The notes: generated by a model from the sequence alone, not told the origin. Positions 20,703 through 34,440 are shown, counted from the stretch's first letter. The stretch: 64,000 nt of DNA from Paramoeba atlantica (GCA_977017575.1 CDRNVI010000207.1:1-64000); one strand, 5' to 3'. Translations and numbers: made by a program.

Positions 20703-23700
20703 TGTCAAGTGGCAGGGTTTGGTGGAAGAAGATTGCTGAGAAAAGAAAAGAAAGATGCAAACTTCATTCCATGGCAAAAGCCAGGAACATGAAAAACAAA
20801 GTCTCTCACACGTTTATTTACAAACAGGTTTCAAGCACATATTTGTTAATGTGACACTAAGTACAAAAGCAGAGAAACACATACAAATAAAAGCACACAT
20901 AAGAGACACAAAGACACAACAAGTTTAAGGAAGGGAACAACAGATGATGTTGGCATAAATAAATTCACAGGTTGAAAAATCAGAATATGGAGAATAAACT
21001 ATGCAATCAAATTGGGTCTGAAACAAGGCAAAGGTATTCTTAAAGGCACAATTCAATGATTGATCTATATCTCGGTGTGTAGTTGTCAGATTCAGATGGG
21101 ACTAGCACCATTCGAAAGAGGAGGACAAGGCGCTTCAGGATAGCACAACTTGTGATCATAGAATTCACAAATGATGTTCTCCACTAAGTCAAACATTCTT
21201 CAAACCAAGAATACTGATATTCTAACACTCCCTTTCATCATGAAGTTAATTCACAGAGCAACAGGGATGAATAAGATTATTCCAGTGAAGTGTAAACACA
21301 TTGGGTCCAAGGGGTTTTGTAAAAATATTGGCAAGGTTATCTTTAGTGGGCACATAATCCAACTCAATCAGGCCATCTTGCAATGCTTTTCTTGTGTAAT
21401 GATCAAAGGCTTCAATTTGCTTAGTTCTTTGGTTTACACAGGGTATCTTTGCAATAGCCATCGCAGGTTCAGAATCAGATTGGAGCAAGAAAGGTCTTTT
21501 GTACAGGATGCACAACTCAGAGAGAATGTTATCAACAAATTTCAATTCACAGGATGCTTCAGCAAGGGCATGGTATTCAGATTCACAACTGAACCAACAA
21601 ACTTGAGGAGATTTCTTGGAACACCAGGAAATGGGGGAACCATTCGCAAAAATAGCAAAACCATAAGATGAGGATCTGTCTTCTGTAACATCTTGATGGC
21701 TTAAGTCAGCTTGGGCAGAAATCACAAGTTTTTTAGTCTCAGATTTGGATTTGGGAAACACCAGTTCATAATCAGAATATTTGGCAAGATAACTGAGAAT
21801 TCGCAGAGCAGCTTTGTCATAATCTTCAGTGTGGGTGTTCAAGAAGCAAAAGCATTGGGAAACAGCATATGAAATATCAGGGCAAGTTTTTGTCAACCAA
21901 ATTAGAGAACCAACAAGACTTGCATAGGGAAAATCAGTAGGGGGTTCATCAGGCTTAGGCATAGGCAGAACTTTACTCATGGCAGGAGTATCACTCTTTC
22001 TTATTTTGTGGCAGTCAAAACTCTTCAATAAATTGTTGAGGAAGGCACACTGATTGAAAGAAATTTCTTTGTGATTTTGTTTCACACCACAACCAAGGAA
22101 CCAGGAGCATTTTCCACTAGGCTTTCACTTGAATCTTTCAATCAGTTTGGAGTAAATCTCTTCATAGAGCTTTGAACAAGTACAAACATCCAAATTATCA
22201 TCAACAACAGTTGGAAATAAACAGAAGTTTCTGTCAGGTTCAACACAAATGTAAAGATTGGAATCAGCAGTCAAACAATGGAATTGCAACTCTTCAATAA
22301 GAAATTTTTGAAAAGTCAGATTCCAACATTGTTCAGCAATTGGCACACCATAGAGAGCTTTGTTCAATCAACAGAGATATTTGGGATGTTCAGGATCTTC
22401 AAAACCTTTAGGTTGAGTGACATAATAAACAATATCACCATCAAGAATGTCAACTTGGATATAGGCACTTGGGACATCTTCAGAATTCACATCAAGGGCA
22501 AACATAGCAGCAATAGTGAATGTCAAATTGAGAGATTCAGTGGTTGCAGTTCCAGCATAATTGTCTTCTTGGTCAAAATTGGGATCTTTCACAAGACTAT
22601 GTTTTACATGAGAACCATTTGCACAAAATCAAGCTTTGAACTTGGATATTACACCATTTTCAGTCTTAATTCAAAATCACCACAGGCCTTGCATAATAAT
22701 GTGTTTCTTTCCATCTTTGGGGAACTTCGGGGGAGGAGGCACCAATTCCCAAGTCTTATTTTCAATATGAGCATCATATTCTCTTTTGCAGACTTGTTTC
22801 CATTCTTCTTTTTCATTTGAGCAAGCAGCTTGCTTGTAGGATCAAGAGGTAACTTTGTCATTAACAACTTGGTCAGCATGGAAGGCATAGTCAAGGAAAT
22901 CAAGATCTTTGTAACCACAGCCAGGTTCACCAAACATATTCCAAGGTATTTTCAGGGCACTGAATGCTTTTCCAATGGTGCTATGTTGGTAGTCAGGGTC
23001 TTGGAAGCGAGCAGAGTGTCTTACTTCTTCAGCTGCATCATCAGATTCATTTGGTTCAGAGATGTTAATTTCATCATCAGGTTGAGATTGAGTAACAAGA
23101 TTGAAATCAACTTCAGGATCAGTTTCAGAGTTGTATGTAGAGGAAGAGTAAGGAGATGCAGATTGGTCTGCAGGGTCATAAGGGTCAGGATCATGATCAT
23201 CTGGTAGGTAATTGAACATTTCATAATTATTGAGGTCAATTGGCAATTTAGGTTCATTTTCATCAGCAGAGTCATAATCAGTTCCTTCACTTTCTTCATC
23301 CTTCATATCTAATTCTGTCATTTGAGGGAGAATTTCAGAATCAGGGGCTGCAGCAGCTTGAGCAGGATCAACAATTGGAGAAGAAGAGGAACTAGAAGAG
23401 GAGCAAGAGGAACAAGAGGAAGATGTAGGTGTGTAAGAACCATTGCTTTGAGTAAAATCAGGAGGAGGCATACTGAGAAGCACCATTTCATCATCATTAT
23501 CATCACTGTACACATCTGTACTGTGGGTTTTCTCATTCAAAGCAGTATGTTTTGAATGTAAGTTTACAGAAGCAGGAGTGGAATGGCCTATTCTGTTCTC
23601 CCTTTCAACATCAACAGGGTAATCATCATCAATTACAATTTCAGCAGAATCATCAGGATTCTCATGTACACAATCCACAGGATTTGTGTTTGTACTCAGA

Positions 23701-25770
23701 ACATCATCACAGTCTGATAATTTCGAAAAATCAACAAATTTTTCATTCAAATAAGTGTCAAAATAGTGTGGAATATTCCCTCTATCAATACGCTTTAACA
23801 GGTTTGAAACACCAAAGACATATTCATCAAATACCACACTTGAACTTTCAAAAATAATTTTCTTTACAGGGTCATACAAAATATAATCATTAATTTTTTT
23901 TGAGGGGCCAAGATAGATTGCAGGGTGTGCTTTAGGCATCAGTTTGGTTCTGTTCTTTCAGGAAATGTGTGCAAAAGCATGGCAACCAAAAGGGCAAATC
24001 AACTCAATATTGGGTTTGTGACCATACAGCTTCTGGAAGGGGGAAATTTCTTCACCTTCTTTCACAATGTAGGAGCTCACAACACTTGCAAGTTTTTCAG
24101 CATAATTCCAAAATTGTTCAGGCAATCCAGCATGGATTCGAATCACTTGAGCAGTGTTCCATCAAGTCTCATTTGCATGTTCAGCAACACCATTTTCAGC
24201 AGAATCATCTCTACTAGAAAATCTAATATGAATTTCTTTTTCAGTGCAATATTGTCCAATTTTCATTGCAGAACTGACAAATTCCTGAGCGCCATCACAT
24301 TGAATGATTTTGACCTTCACATCTAATTGTCTTTGAAGCTTTGCAATCAGGTTGATCAGCACTTTGCCAGCATCACTCTTTTTCTTGAGGAATTCAAATA
24401 AATCCATCTTAGAGTAGTCTTCAACAACTGAGAGAGAGTATTTGTTCTTCTGATAAGAAAGTATATTTTTCTCATGGTTGTCAATGTGCAACATTTCACT
24501 GAGTTTTCGTTTTGTTCTCATACCAGGGGTATAACTCTTCTTTTTCACTTTGGCCAACTCACAAGCAGTACAAACATTTTAATCCATTCTCAATCTGTGA
24601 TATTGCAGGGGCAAATTGTCAACTGCACAAGCATTAATAGTCTTTTTCAAACCAGAAAAATGACACAATCTATTATACCAATATTTCCATTCTTTCTCAC
24701 AGGTAGGACAGAGGGTTCTACAGATTCTTTTCTTGTGGAGAGGTTGAGATGAAGAAGCATCCTCAGGAATTTCATTTTTTGGGTGAGTAACTTTTTCAGC
24801 AATATAAGATTGTTGATGGTTGGTTTGACTGGGTAAAGCCAAATAATACAAGCCATTGTTCTGTGGACCACTCAAAATCATCTGAGAATTGCTCAAATTG
24901 ATCTTCTTTTTCATCACATGAATTTGGTCAGAATCCAAAACAACAGAAGCATCCCAAGTTTCACACATGTGAGCCACAGAGAGAAGATTCATTTCACAAT
25001 TGGAGACTACAGAGACATCTTGAAGAGGCAGCAAATCAAGATGAATTGCCAAGTCACCTTGCATTGTAACAGGAATCAAATTGCCATTCACTTGCTTAAT
25101 GCTTATGGTCATTGCAGGTGGAGTGTTTCTTGTTGTGAGATTTGGATCATTCACAATTGTGTTTGAACAAGCTGAATCAGCAAGAGCAGTTGCTTCATTT
25201 GATTGTTTTGCAACAAAAGCAGATTAAATCAAAGATTGAGAAGAAGAAACAAGAGCAGAAACACAACAGGAGTAAACAGGAATATTGATTTTATTCATTT
25301 TCATCTTTCAAGCATTGATCTTTTGAACAAAAGCATTGAAATTTGCCTTGGCTTGTTGTCCCACAGCATTTTGGTTTGCTGGGTTTGTGTTGCAACCTTT
25401 CACAATGTGACTGGTGGCACCACAATGAAAACAGGCTTTAGCAGGAGGGGTGGGAGGATCTTCCCATCCAGGGTAATTTTGAAACTGGTTGCACGTTTGA
25501 AGAGAAGGAATTAGGGGACTATGGCAAGGAGGGCCATTTCCTTGTCTTCCTTGGTGAGGAGGGGCAACATTTCCTTGTTGATTAGGATTGGCAGCAGAGT
25601 TATTCTTCTTCCAAAAAGCAACATAAGCAGTGGTATTCTCCTTGGTCTTCAAGGCTTGTTTCTTCTTGTTGGTGCTGGAGCAACTACCTTTGATTTGTTT
25701 CAACTCCAAGAAAGCACTCTCCACTGTCCACTCTCCCACTCTAAGCATTCCACTGCATCCATATTTTGAG
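20703..25770 (-). mobile_element. Ty1/copia element 1 (gag-PR-IN-RT-RH, 3' LTR; 5' end missing)
   Basis: Knuckle CFHCGATSHIVKGC; protease ALADSA; integrase IQCDGAQEF, ENGVAE, PFGCHAFAHI; RT/RH YASLVGSLIWL, CPDISYAV, SCESEY, DNLANIFTKPL. Order PR-IN-RT is copia. PPT at 21228-21240; LTR 20703-21227 (525 bp, TG..CA). Confidence 0.93.
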
Positions 25771-25799
25771 AAAATGTGAATTTTAAAAATAAAGTTCAG

Positions 25800-27480
25800 G
25801 CCCATTTTTTTTGGTAGCAATCTGGTGTTTAAAGGTGTCATAAGCAACTTTTTGATGGTTGTTAAGGTGGTAATTTTATTTTTTTTTTTTAGATATTGGA
25901 TTCACAAACCCAGCACCCATAATTTGAAATCCATTTTCATTTTTCAAAGACATATGATAATATGTCACTGCTCAAATACCAGCAACAGAGCCAGGATTGT
26001 GTTTCCAAATGTAACCCAACTCGGTAAGTCCAAAACTAGGTGTATTTTCCCATCCAAATCCTAAATAAAAGAGAAGAGAAAGCTCAATGTCTTTTTTGTC
26101 ATGATGAAGAACTGTCCCACGAGCAATTGAGAGCCAGAATTCTTCAATCAAGCAGAAAATCTTTGTTGAAAGAGTCATTTGCTATCCAGTTGCATCAAAC
26201 TTTTTGTGAATGTCTTCAATGCATTCTCTCTGTTTATCAAATATTGGTGGGGGTGGGGAAGATGAAGATGTCTCTTTGATTGTTGAAGAAACCCATTTTT
26301 TGAAACATAACTCAAAGATCACATATCCTCCGAAAAGAGATTCCACAAATGGAACAATCATATCATTTGTTTGACCTGCTTGAACATATTCCTGAATTGG
26401 ATTCACTTGCTTTGCATGAATTCCCATCATTAACAAACACCATCCTCGACAATTTCTCTTTGTTTGATAATATAATAATAGAATAAATATAAAACATTGG
26501 AGGATTGAGAGCTCATATACCTCCTCAGGAGATCCAACTGATTCCAACCAAAACATATCCTTCAAGCCACTCTCCAATTTAAAATAAACATTTCCAGTCA
26601 ATTCCTTCAATAAATTCTCATCTTTCAAAAGGTCTTGTTGGGTATTACACCTGGATTTGCCAATTTTTGATAAAAATCTTCAGTGGCACCAGGAAAATGG
26701 GCCTTCCAGCTCGAATCTGAGAGGTGATCTAATGGGATCCTGTTCACATCATCAAAGAGAATTGTTGTTGTTTGAGAATTTTGTTTTGGAACTTCAAAAG
26801 ATTTAAAAAGAACTGGAACTAGCTTTGCTGGTTTGGTTTTAAAATAAGTTCTCATCAACGACAGTGCTTTCTCCCTGGTTTCCTTGTCAGAATAATGTGG
26901 TCATCCTGGTTTTGAATAATCCATCGGTTTTGAGAGTCCATGTGAACCACTCACTTTCTTTCGACTCATTCTTCCAACAATTTCAGAAACCTGGATATTG
27001 TGTATGGAGTGGATTTAAAAAAAGATATTTATAAAAAAATGATAATAATAATAATAATAAAAAAGAGGAAGGAAAAAAAAGAGGAAGGAGAAAAAAGGAA
27101 AAAAGAGAAAAAAAAGGGAGAAAAAAAAGAGAGAAAAAAGAAAGAAAAAAAAAGGAAGAAAAAAGAAAGAAAAAAAAAGAAAGAAAAAAAGAAAAACAAG
27201 ATGATCAAACAGAAACACAACCTTCTTTTCAAGCACTTCCCAAGACACTAAGCTCTTATTTGTTTTTACAAGTTCTCTTACAGTCCAAAAATGAAAACGA
27301 TCAAATAATAAAGGTGAAGGAGGAGAGTAGAAACTATCCTCAGATGATGGCTCTGAAAGATAAACAGGAGGTAACAATAATGTTGAGAGAGGAAAAGGGT
27401 TTTTTGGTGATAATGTTCATGAAGAAGAAAAGAAAGAATCATGGGTAATTGATTGACAGAGCAAAACATCCATTTCTAAT
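25800..27480 (-). pseudogene. Decayed intron-containing hypothetical gene (family with paralogous pieces at 46.0-47.3, 58.5-59.5 and 60.4-60.8 kb)
   Basis: Exon 27.2-27.4 kb (FDRFHFWTVRELVKTNKSLVSW), T-rich intron at about 27000-27195, then a long broken frame (DENLLKELTGNVYFKLESGLKDMFWLESVGSPEEVYELSILQ); TGA stops at presumed CGA positions. Confidence 0.55.
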
Positions 27481-27747
27481 CTCCTTCTTTTCTTTCTTTC
27501 TGATTGAATTTGTTTTTTTCTTTTGAGATTGAATTTGGTGAGCATTTTGAAAAAAAGAATCAAAAATTTGAAAGAAAGGAAAGAAAGTAGCAATTTTCAT
27601 ATTGGATTCTTTTCAGATTACTTTTTTTCTTTTTTTTTATTAGAAAAATACAGCCAAAACGATTTTGTTCAAGCACTTTGTTTTTTTTTTGTTTTTTTTT
27701 TGCTTTTTGTTTTTTGTTTTTTGTTTTTTGTTTTTTGTTTTTCTCAA

Positions 27748-28431
27748 ATGTCTGAACAAACTGCTCACTCTGTTCAGACCTGAACTCCTTCTTGAAAACT
27801 CTTTGAGGCAGATGAATCTTTCTTTAAAAGAGGAAACTCTGTTCCATATTGCTATATCTCTTTTGAACCCTCATCACATCAAAGCATAAACAAACCAAAA
27901 ACTAAAAACCAAAAGAAAAACCAAAAAGAAAAGTGTCCTCCTTGTACTCTTTCTCTTTTGGAGAGTGATATTGCAAGCAAGTTTTCATGTGATACAATTG
28001 TTGATTCTGTTGTTATTGAGCTTGATCAGATTGCCTATGATCTTTTTTCAAAAATTCCCTTGACTGCTTGTAGTATGCAAATCTATCAAACAAAAGTTAA
28101 TGCAGTTCTGTTTGAACTTCTCATCATCCCTCATCTTTTGAGAAGTGGTGGCAAACTTTCTCCTTGCAAGAAGTCAGTGCCAGTTTTTCTGATCCAATTT
28201 TATGAAACAAAAACTTTTGAACAAATTTTTTCAAGACTGGCATCAAAGGAACTCTTCAACCCAATGACGAAAAAATTCAAAAATGGTCAAAAGATGTGAA
28301 TTGTCACTCATAAAAAGTATCCAGTTGTATGGAAATTTTCTGCAAATCTTGGAACTCTTGCAGTTCATTTTTTTGTTCAAGAATGGACAAAAGGAGGACT
28401 TCCAATTAATGATCTTTATATCTCAAATTAA
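27748..28431 (+). pseudogene. Decayed hypothetical gene, tail-to-tail with the transposase
   Basis: ATG at 27748; readable frame ESDIASKFSCDTIVDSVVIELDQ...HKKYPVVWKFSANLG with in-frame stops; ends 27 bp from the transposase stop. Confidence 0.45.
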
Positions 28432-28458
28432 TAAATTTATTATTTCTTAAGATTGTAA

Positions 28459-31400
28459 TCAAAAATGTAATCTTTGTGGTTTTGCTTTTGTTTTTTCCTC
28501 TTCTTCCTCTTCTTCCTCCTCCTCTTCTTTCTCCTCCTCTTCTTCTCCCTCTTCTTCACCATCAAAAGAAAATTCATCCTCTTCCTCTTCCTTTTCTTCT
28601 TCCTCTTCCTCTTCCTCCAATGAGAATTCATCTACCTCCTCATCCTCAAAGATCTCCTGTTCTAACTCCTCCATAGACTTTCCTGTCTCTTCCTCAGGTG
28701 GAACTACATAATTCTTTAAAATGAGTTCCCTTGTTATTTGTGGAACTCTATTTTCACAAAAATTGATCATTTTCTTTTCAATCACTTGACAACTTGGACA
28801 TACTTTGTTTTCTTCCCCAACATCTTCCACAACACAAAAACTACATTTTCCCTTCTCAACAAACAATACATGATCCTTGATATTGTGCCCTCAAACAGAT
28901 AGTTTCACTGGACAAAGGAGATGAGCCAAAAATCGAAAATCGTCGTATTTTGTGGCTGTCTCATACTTCATTGCACCATAGCCACATTTTTTCACAAGTT
29001 GCTTTTGTTTATTCTCCCTTCTGATGTGCATCCTCCAGCCTGAACTTGCAGAAGTTCTAAAGTTCAGTATAAAGACCAACTGAACTAAGTTGAAGTTTAA
29101 AACTTCACCTCTCGTTAGAGGTTAAAAACAAACATAATTTAATGTAATTCAAATGGTTTAAATTAAGAACTACTAATTGAATAAAGTTTGCCTCAAAAAA
29201 AAAAAAAAAACACAAGTTGTTTTTGAATTAAATTTCATAACTCTCTGCTTTGACAACTACTAACAGCTGGTCCAACTCCTATTTGAAAAAGAATGAATGA
29301 AAGGAGATAATCAATAAAAAAAAAAAGCAGAGGGAGGGAAAGAAAAGAAAGGAAAGCAAACAATAATTTTCATAGACTTTTTTGTAAAAATAAGGGCAGT
29401 CAAAACAAAGAGTATAAAACCATAGGATAATATTCAAGCTTGGAAATATTAATTTCATAATTTGAATAATTTGCTTTCCTGTTCTCATCATTTCATCTAA
29501 AAGGTGTTGAACCTCACTTGGTTCCAAATCTTCCCCCTCATCATCAGTGAATTTCAAACATTCCCAAAAAGAGCTCATAAATTTAATTCACTGACAAATA
29601 AACAAAAAAGCTTGTAACTTCAAATCAAACAAGGGTGGCAACTGGTGGTGAGGAAAACAGGAATAAATTGCTTCAACAACCAACTTGTGATAATTTTGCA
29701 ATAGCCTTGTTGCTTGCTCTCCAATCAATTGAAATTTCAGCTTCTTTTCTTCCTCAATCTCAAGAATGTACTTCCATTCAATCGTCTTTGCAAAAGAGAG
29801 CAATCCAGAAACTCTTTTCATCCACTCCACCATCTCTTGTAACATCTTTTTCCCAAATTTCTGATTGGAATTTGCAAACTCAACAATAGTAAGAAATAAG
29901 GCCAAAGTTGCAGAGCACTTGCCATGAAGAGGACTATCTGGAGTAAAATGCTCACAAATCACTAACAAAGGGGCTCCTTTTTGGTTATAATTCTCTTTCT
30001 GAATAAACTGTTGAAGGATTGCATCTCTTGCATTTTCATTTATCAACTTATTTGAAATGATTTTTTGCCATTTCACTCAAACTTTTTCCTCCATTTCTTT
30101 CATTTTTGCCAATGTTCACCTTTGTAACTTGTCTCAAGGAATATCAGCATTGTCACAAGTCACATCAAGCCAATAAATAGAGAAATAAGTTGCAGAACAA
30201 CCTTGATGACCAGCCACTTTACTTTGGTAAGAAAGGTCACCAATTGGAAGAAAATGGCAATGGTACAGATTTGTTTTGGTATTATTGATTTCACATGGAA
30301 TTGAAACACCATTCTTTTCCACTGCTGCAATTCCAGGGTTTAAAACATTCTCACAAAGCCATTTGCTCACTTCATCATCTTCTTTGAAATTCCCACCACA
30401 GATCCAAGGCATCAATGTTGGTGAATTTCCAACTCTAACAAAGTTCACAAATCACAAATATGTATTTGTCATACCCATCTGAAAAATAGATTTTCAATTA
30501 AATCTTGTTTTGTTTCTTTTCCTCTATGATCCTCCTCAAAAAAAAAAGAAAATAATTTTTCTACTTACTTGTTTACTCTCTGGGGCACCATCAGTGAACA
30601 TATTCACTAAAATTTGATTTGTCTTCTTAAAAAAGGTGAGAGATTGTTGAACTTTTGAACATTGAAGCATTGCTTTCAGTCTTTTCTCAACAATTTCTTC
30701 CAACTTTCAATAACCACCTTTAACCCCATACTCAGAAGGGAGTTTATGAAATCTATATGTTTATCTTTTGAGCAAATTGTTTTCATTGAGGAGGAGAAAA
30801 GAAGCTTATAACAAAAAAAAAAAATTCTTACTTTGCTTCAAGCTCCAATGTGGATAACATTTTCTCCCCAAAATCTATCACAGGCTTCAGAGCAGGAAGT
30901 TTTGGAAATGGAATTTCAAACTCTGGTGTTTTCAACTGAATTAGCTTCCCAGACAAAGGATCTAAGCCTCACTGAAATATTGATCACATAATTTGGATTT
31001 TTCAGTAACCCATATCATTCATCATTATGTTCACAAACTGTACTTGTTTCAAATTGTCAGATTTCTCAAAGTTTTGAAAGTCTATTTATTAAATTTTTAA
31101 GAAATCAAAATCCTTCAAAAACACACACACACAAAAAAAATTAACCTTTTTGAACAGCTTTCTTCACAACTTGCTTCTCAACAAGTAGACAAATGACTTC
31201 TTCAATCAGTCTTTTTTGAAACCTTAGATTTGAACTTTTCAAAAGTTCTGAGAATACTTTTTCGAAAGGTTTATCCTTTTTAATCCTTGTTTCTTCATCA
31301 TCTTCATTACAAAGAACCTTTGAAGAGATAAACCACTTTAAACTTTGTAATTTCTTCTATTTTGCTCTTGATTTGAGATGAAAAAAAGCTCTTCTTTGCC

Positions 31401-31488
31401 TTTGCTGTTGTTTTTCACAAATAACAGAAGTGTTGATGATTGGAAGTTGTTTTATTTTTGTTTGTAAGAAAAATTGAAAAATTGTCAT
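28459..31488 (-). pseudogene. RAG1/Transib-like DDE transposase pseudogene with spliceosomal introns
   Basis: D1 in VNMFTDGAP (30590-92); D2 in IGDLSYQSKVAGHQGCSATYF (30236-38); PDSPLH; QLIGEQATRLLQNY; WFYTLCFDCP; E in SCQSREL*N (29241-43; TGA at a presumed CGA), matching RAG1 SCDGM / GYDEK..GL..SGS.Y / DALH / MNGNFARKL / YFHKTLAH / SEGNESGN in order. C-terminal CxxC..CxxC and acidic tail. Introns 30479-30568, 29279-29361 and probably two more near 30.8 and 31.1 kb. Interrupted by SINE A. Confidence 0.72.
29009..29210 (+). mobile_element. SINE family A, 5'-truncated
   Basis: 3' about 200 bp plus poly(A); TSD CACAAGTTG(C/T)TTTTG. Removing it restores the transposase frame (IQKQLVKKCG). Confidence 0.9.
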
Positions 31489-31949
31489 TTTAAAAGAAAG
31501 TTAAACCAGGTTGGTTTGGTCCTTTTGACTTTTTTGATTTTTTTGATTTCTTTCCAAAAATCTTTCTGGTGAGTCTGCGAGATTTAGGTGTGTCCATTTT
31601 CAAAAAATTGCCCAATTTATTTGTTCTTAGACTTTAAAATATGGAGAAAAAAGTAAAACCAAAATGGAAAAGGACATCTTCTCTTTCAAGGAGAGATATT
31701 GGCAGTTTGACCAACACTTTTTTAACACTTTTCAACATCTCTCTCATAAAAGTTGTTTTTTTGGTTCTTTAAAAATATATTGTTTCAAAGAACATCAAAA
31801 AATGAATCAAAATCAAAAAAACAAACCTTGAAAAGACTTTAAATAAAGACCAAAAAAGTGGACAGCAAAAGTGAAGAGAAGCACAAAAGAAAAACACAAG
31901 AAAACACAAAAACACAAACCCTGTTCAAAATAGGGACTCAAAAAAAGTG

Positions 31950-32650
31950 TGGAATTTTTGAAAAATCAAATGCAATGTTCCTTGAAAGGCTTCCCAATGT
32001 TGTTGTAGCATGGAATCTCAAATGTAACCCAATTTCTTGTTCATTGGAATTGGCTTTCCTTTTAATGCTTCAATGTGAAGAAATAACTCCTTCGGTCTCA
32101 ACTCAAAACTAGAAATCATCTCATTTTCTCTGATACAACAATTCTCTAACTTACTTTTCACTTCTTTTACATTGTAAACAATCATGGTACTCAGATTTAA
32201 GATCAATGTGTCCCAAATAAGTTTTGGTGTTCTTTTCTTCAAATTGCTAAGATACCCCTTTGCTCAACCAACACAAGTCTTATTCAGTAAGTTTGTAAGA
32301 TTCATTTAATTGTCAAAATGGTCATCAAAACATCTTTGGTTGATTTGCTGCTTGTATTCCAATTTCTCTTTGTATTTTACCTCCAATTCCTTTCTTTTAG
32401 CTAAAATTCTTATTTTCTCACTTTTTTCCATTTTTTCTGTAACCTCCTCCAGCTCCTCCTCAAACTTGATTAGGATGGGTTCACCTGTAGGAACTTTGTT
32501 GAGGAATAAATGATGAATGAGATTTTGGGTGCTGAGCTGAATGAGCATTTCTTTTCACCAGAGCATAAATTCAATGGTGGATTCACCTTTGAGTTCATTA
32601 ATCTTGAGTGCACCCTTCCAAGTCTTGTTCTTTGGTTCAAATTCTGACCA
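31950..32650 (-). mobile_element. Copia-type gag fragment
   Basis: GESTIEFMLW*KEMLIQL, TPKLIWDTL, NEMISSFELRPKEL...KKLGYI*DSMLQQHWEAF fit the copia gag (Retrotran_gag_2-like) pattern. Confidence 0.6.
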
Positions 32651-32699
32651 ATCTACTACTCTGTAATCATCTTCCATAGTTGAGGATGTGGTGAATGTA

Positions 32700-34421
32700 A
32701 AAGAGCAAGAGGAAAGCTTTTGTCCTTGTCCACAAGAACCAAATCGATTATTTGAATGTGGTAATTTTACCTGGTTTGTGGAGATATCGCATCAAAACAC
32801 AACATGGAAAGGTTACTTCCTTCAAGTCATGATACTGTGTCAATGGCTCTTCATTTATTCCAGACTCCATCAATGAGGTGTATTCTCCTGTTGCCCATTC
32901 CTCCACTCTGAGAACCATTCTGTGTTTGGCTGTCCTATTTGGATGTAAGCTCCATGGTGGTGATGTATCCTCAGCATATGTTTGTGTTGATGTTGATCCT
33001 GATGTGAAACCTGTTTATATAAGTTAACCCTCTGGTTTTATTGAGAAAGGAAATGATTTTGTGTGGCTGATGTTGAAGGGAATTTATGGATATCCCCCTG
33101 CTGGTCAAAACTGGTACAATCATTTGGTTGAGTCCCTATTGGCTTTTGGCTTCATTTGGAATGATGTTGATCCTTGTTTGTTCATGATTGCTGAATCAAA
33201 TGAAATTATATTTTTGGTTGCTATCATGGATGATTTAACCTGGTTTTCCACCTACACAAAATTGCACAAACGCTTTGTGGAATACATGTGTGGAAAATAT
33301 GATCTAAAATACTTTGACACAGTTGATTGGTTGATTGGAATGCAGATCAAGCAAGATGAGCTCTTTCAAGTTTCTTTGAATCAATCTGATTATGTGAAGT
33401 TGATCTGTCAAAAATACAATCATCTGGTTTGAATCCACTACAAAACCCCTGCAGACCCAAAAGTAAGATTGTACCCTGATAGCTATCCCACCAACATCCC
33501 TATCCCCATGATCAATGGGAAGTTCTTGTATGCCTCCAACACCTGACCAGATATCTCATATGCTGTTGGCTAGATCTGCAAGTTCCAAACCTGTTCCTCC
33601 AAAGAACTTGAGAACGCTATTTGTTACCTTATTTCTTATCTGAATGGATGTTTTAATGAGGAAATCAAATTTGTCCATCCTGTTGGTTTTGATTCCAAAT
33701 TGATGACTGTTAATTTAAGTGTGTTTTGTGATGCTACTTTTGCTGATCAATATGACTGTTGTTCCACCTATGGCTATTTGGTTTTCTTATGCTCCAATCT
33801 GATTTCCTGGTATTCCAAAACAACCCCTTCTGTGAAGTTCTCATCAACTGATGCTGAATATTATGCATTAGCTGAGGTCACAAAAGAGATTATGTATCTG
33901 AAACAATTGTTGGAGACTCTGGGTTTGATGGTTAAAACCCTTATTTTAATTTATAAGGACAATCAACAAGCTATTGACATTGCAAACAACCTGATGATCA
34001 AGTCAAGAACCAAGCACATTGATATTAAACTGCATTTTATTCAAGAATTGATTGAAAATAAGACCATTTCTCTTGTTTATCACCATTCCTCTGTACAACA
34101 TGCAGATGTGATGACCAAGCCTCTCAAGAGAATCCTGCATGAGAGATACATGAATGTTTGTTTTTCCGAATTGCATTGAAGTATTCATTGGATGGAGGGG
34201 AGTGTTGAATGCAACTTCTAACCTTATTAAGATAAATCTGATTTCATTGAAGTTGTTCAAACATTGTCACATCTTCTTGAAACATTGCAATGCAACCACC
34301 TATTTCATTGTTGCTTGTTCGCACAACCTTGTTTGTCACAAATAAAGTTTATTCTCATTTTCCTCTCTAAACCCTCATGTTTCACATTAATTTTATCATT
34401 TTCTTTGTTTCACCTCCAACA
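32700..34421 (+). mobile_element. Ty1/copia element 2: RT-RNase H plus 3' LTR
   Basis: VYSPVAH, LKGIYGYPPAG, DPCLF, IMDDL, FCDATFA, SSTDAEY, KHIDIKLHFIQE, QHADVMTKPL. PPT GGATGGAGGGGAG then a 219-bp LTR 34203-34421 (TGTTG...CAACA). Confidence 0.9.
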
Positions 34422-34440
34422 GCTTGCTCAAAAAACCAAG

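Noticed and set aside
27748-28431. Convergent partner of the RAG1-like gene as a RAG2 homolog
   Set aside because: The orientation resembles RAG1/RAG2, but no kelch repeats or PHD finger are visible and it is too short.
1-31488. Functional link between the RAG1-like transposase and ankyrin exon shuffling
   Set aside because: Only proximity. No signal sequences in the ankyrin introns, and the transposase is a dead copy in a transposon island.
25760-31990. RSS-like or other TIRs around the transposase region
   Set aside because: No CACAGTG/CACTATG ends or convincing inverted match at the likely boundaries; only weak AT-rich similarity.
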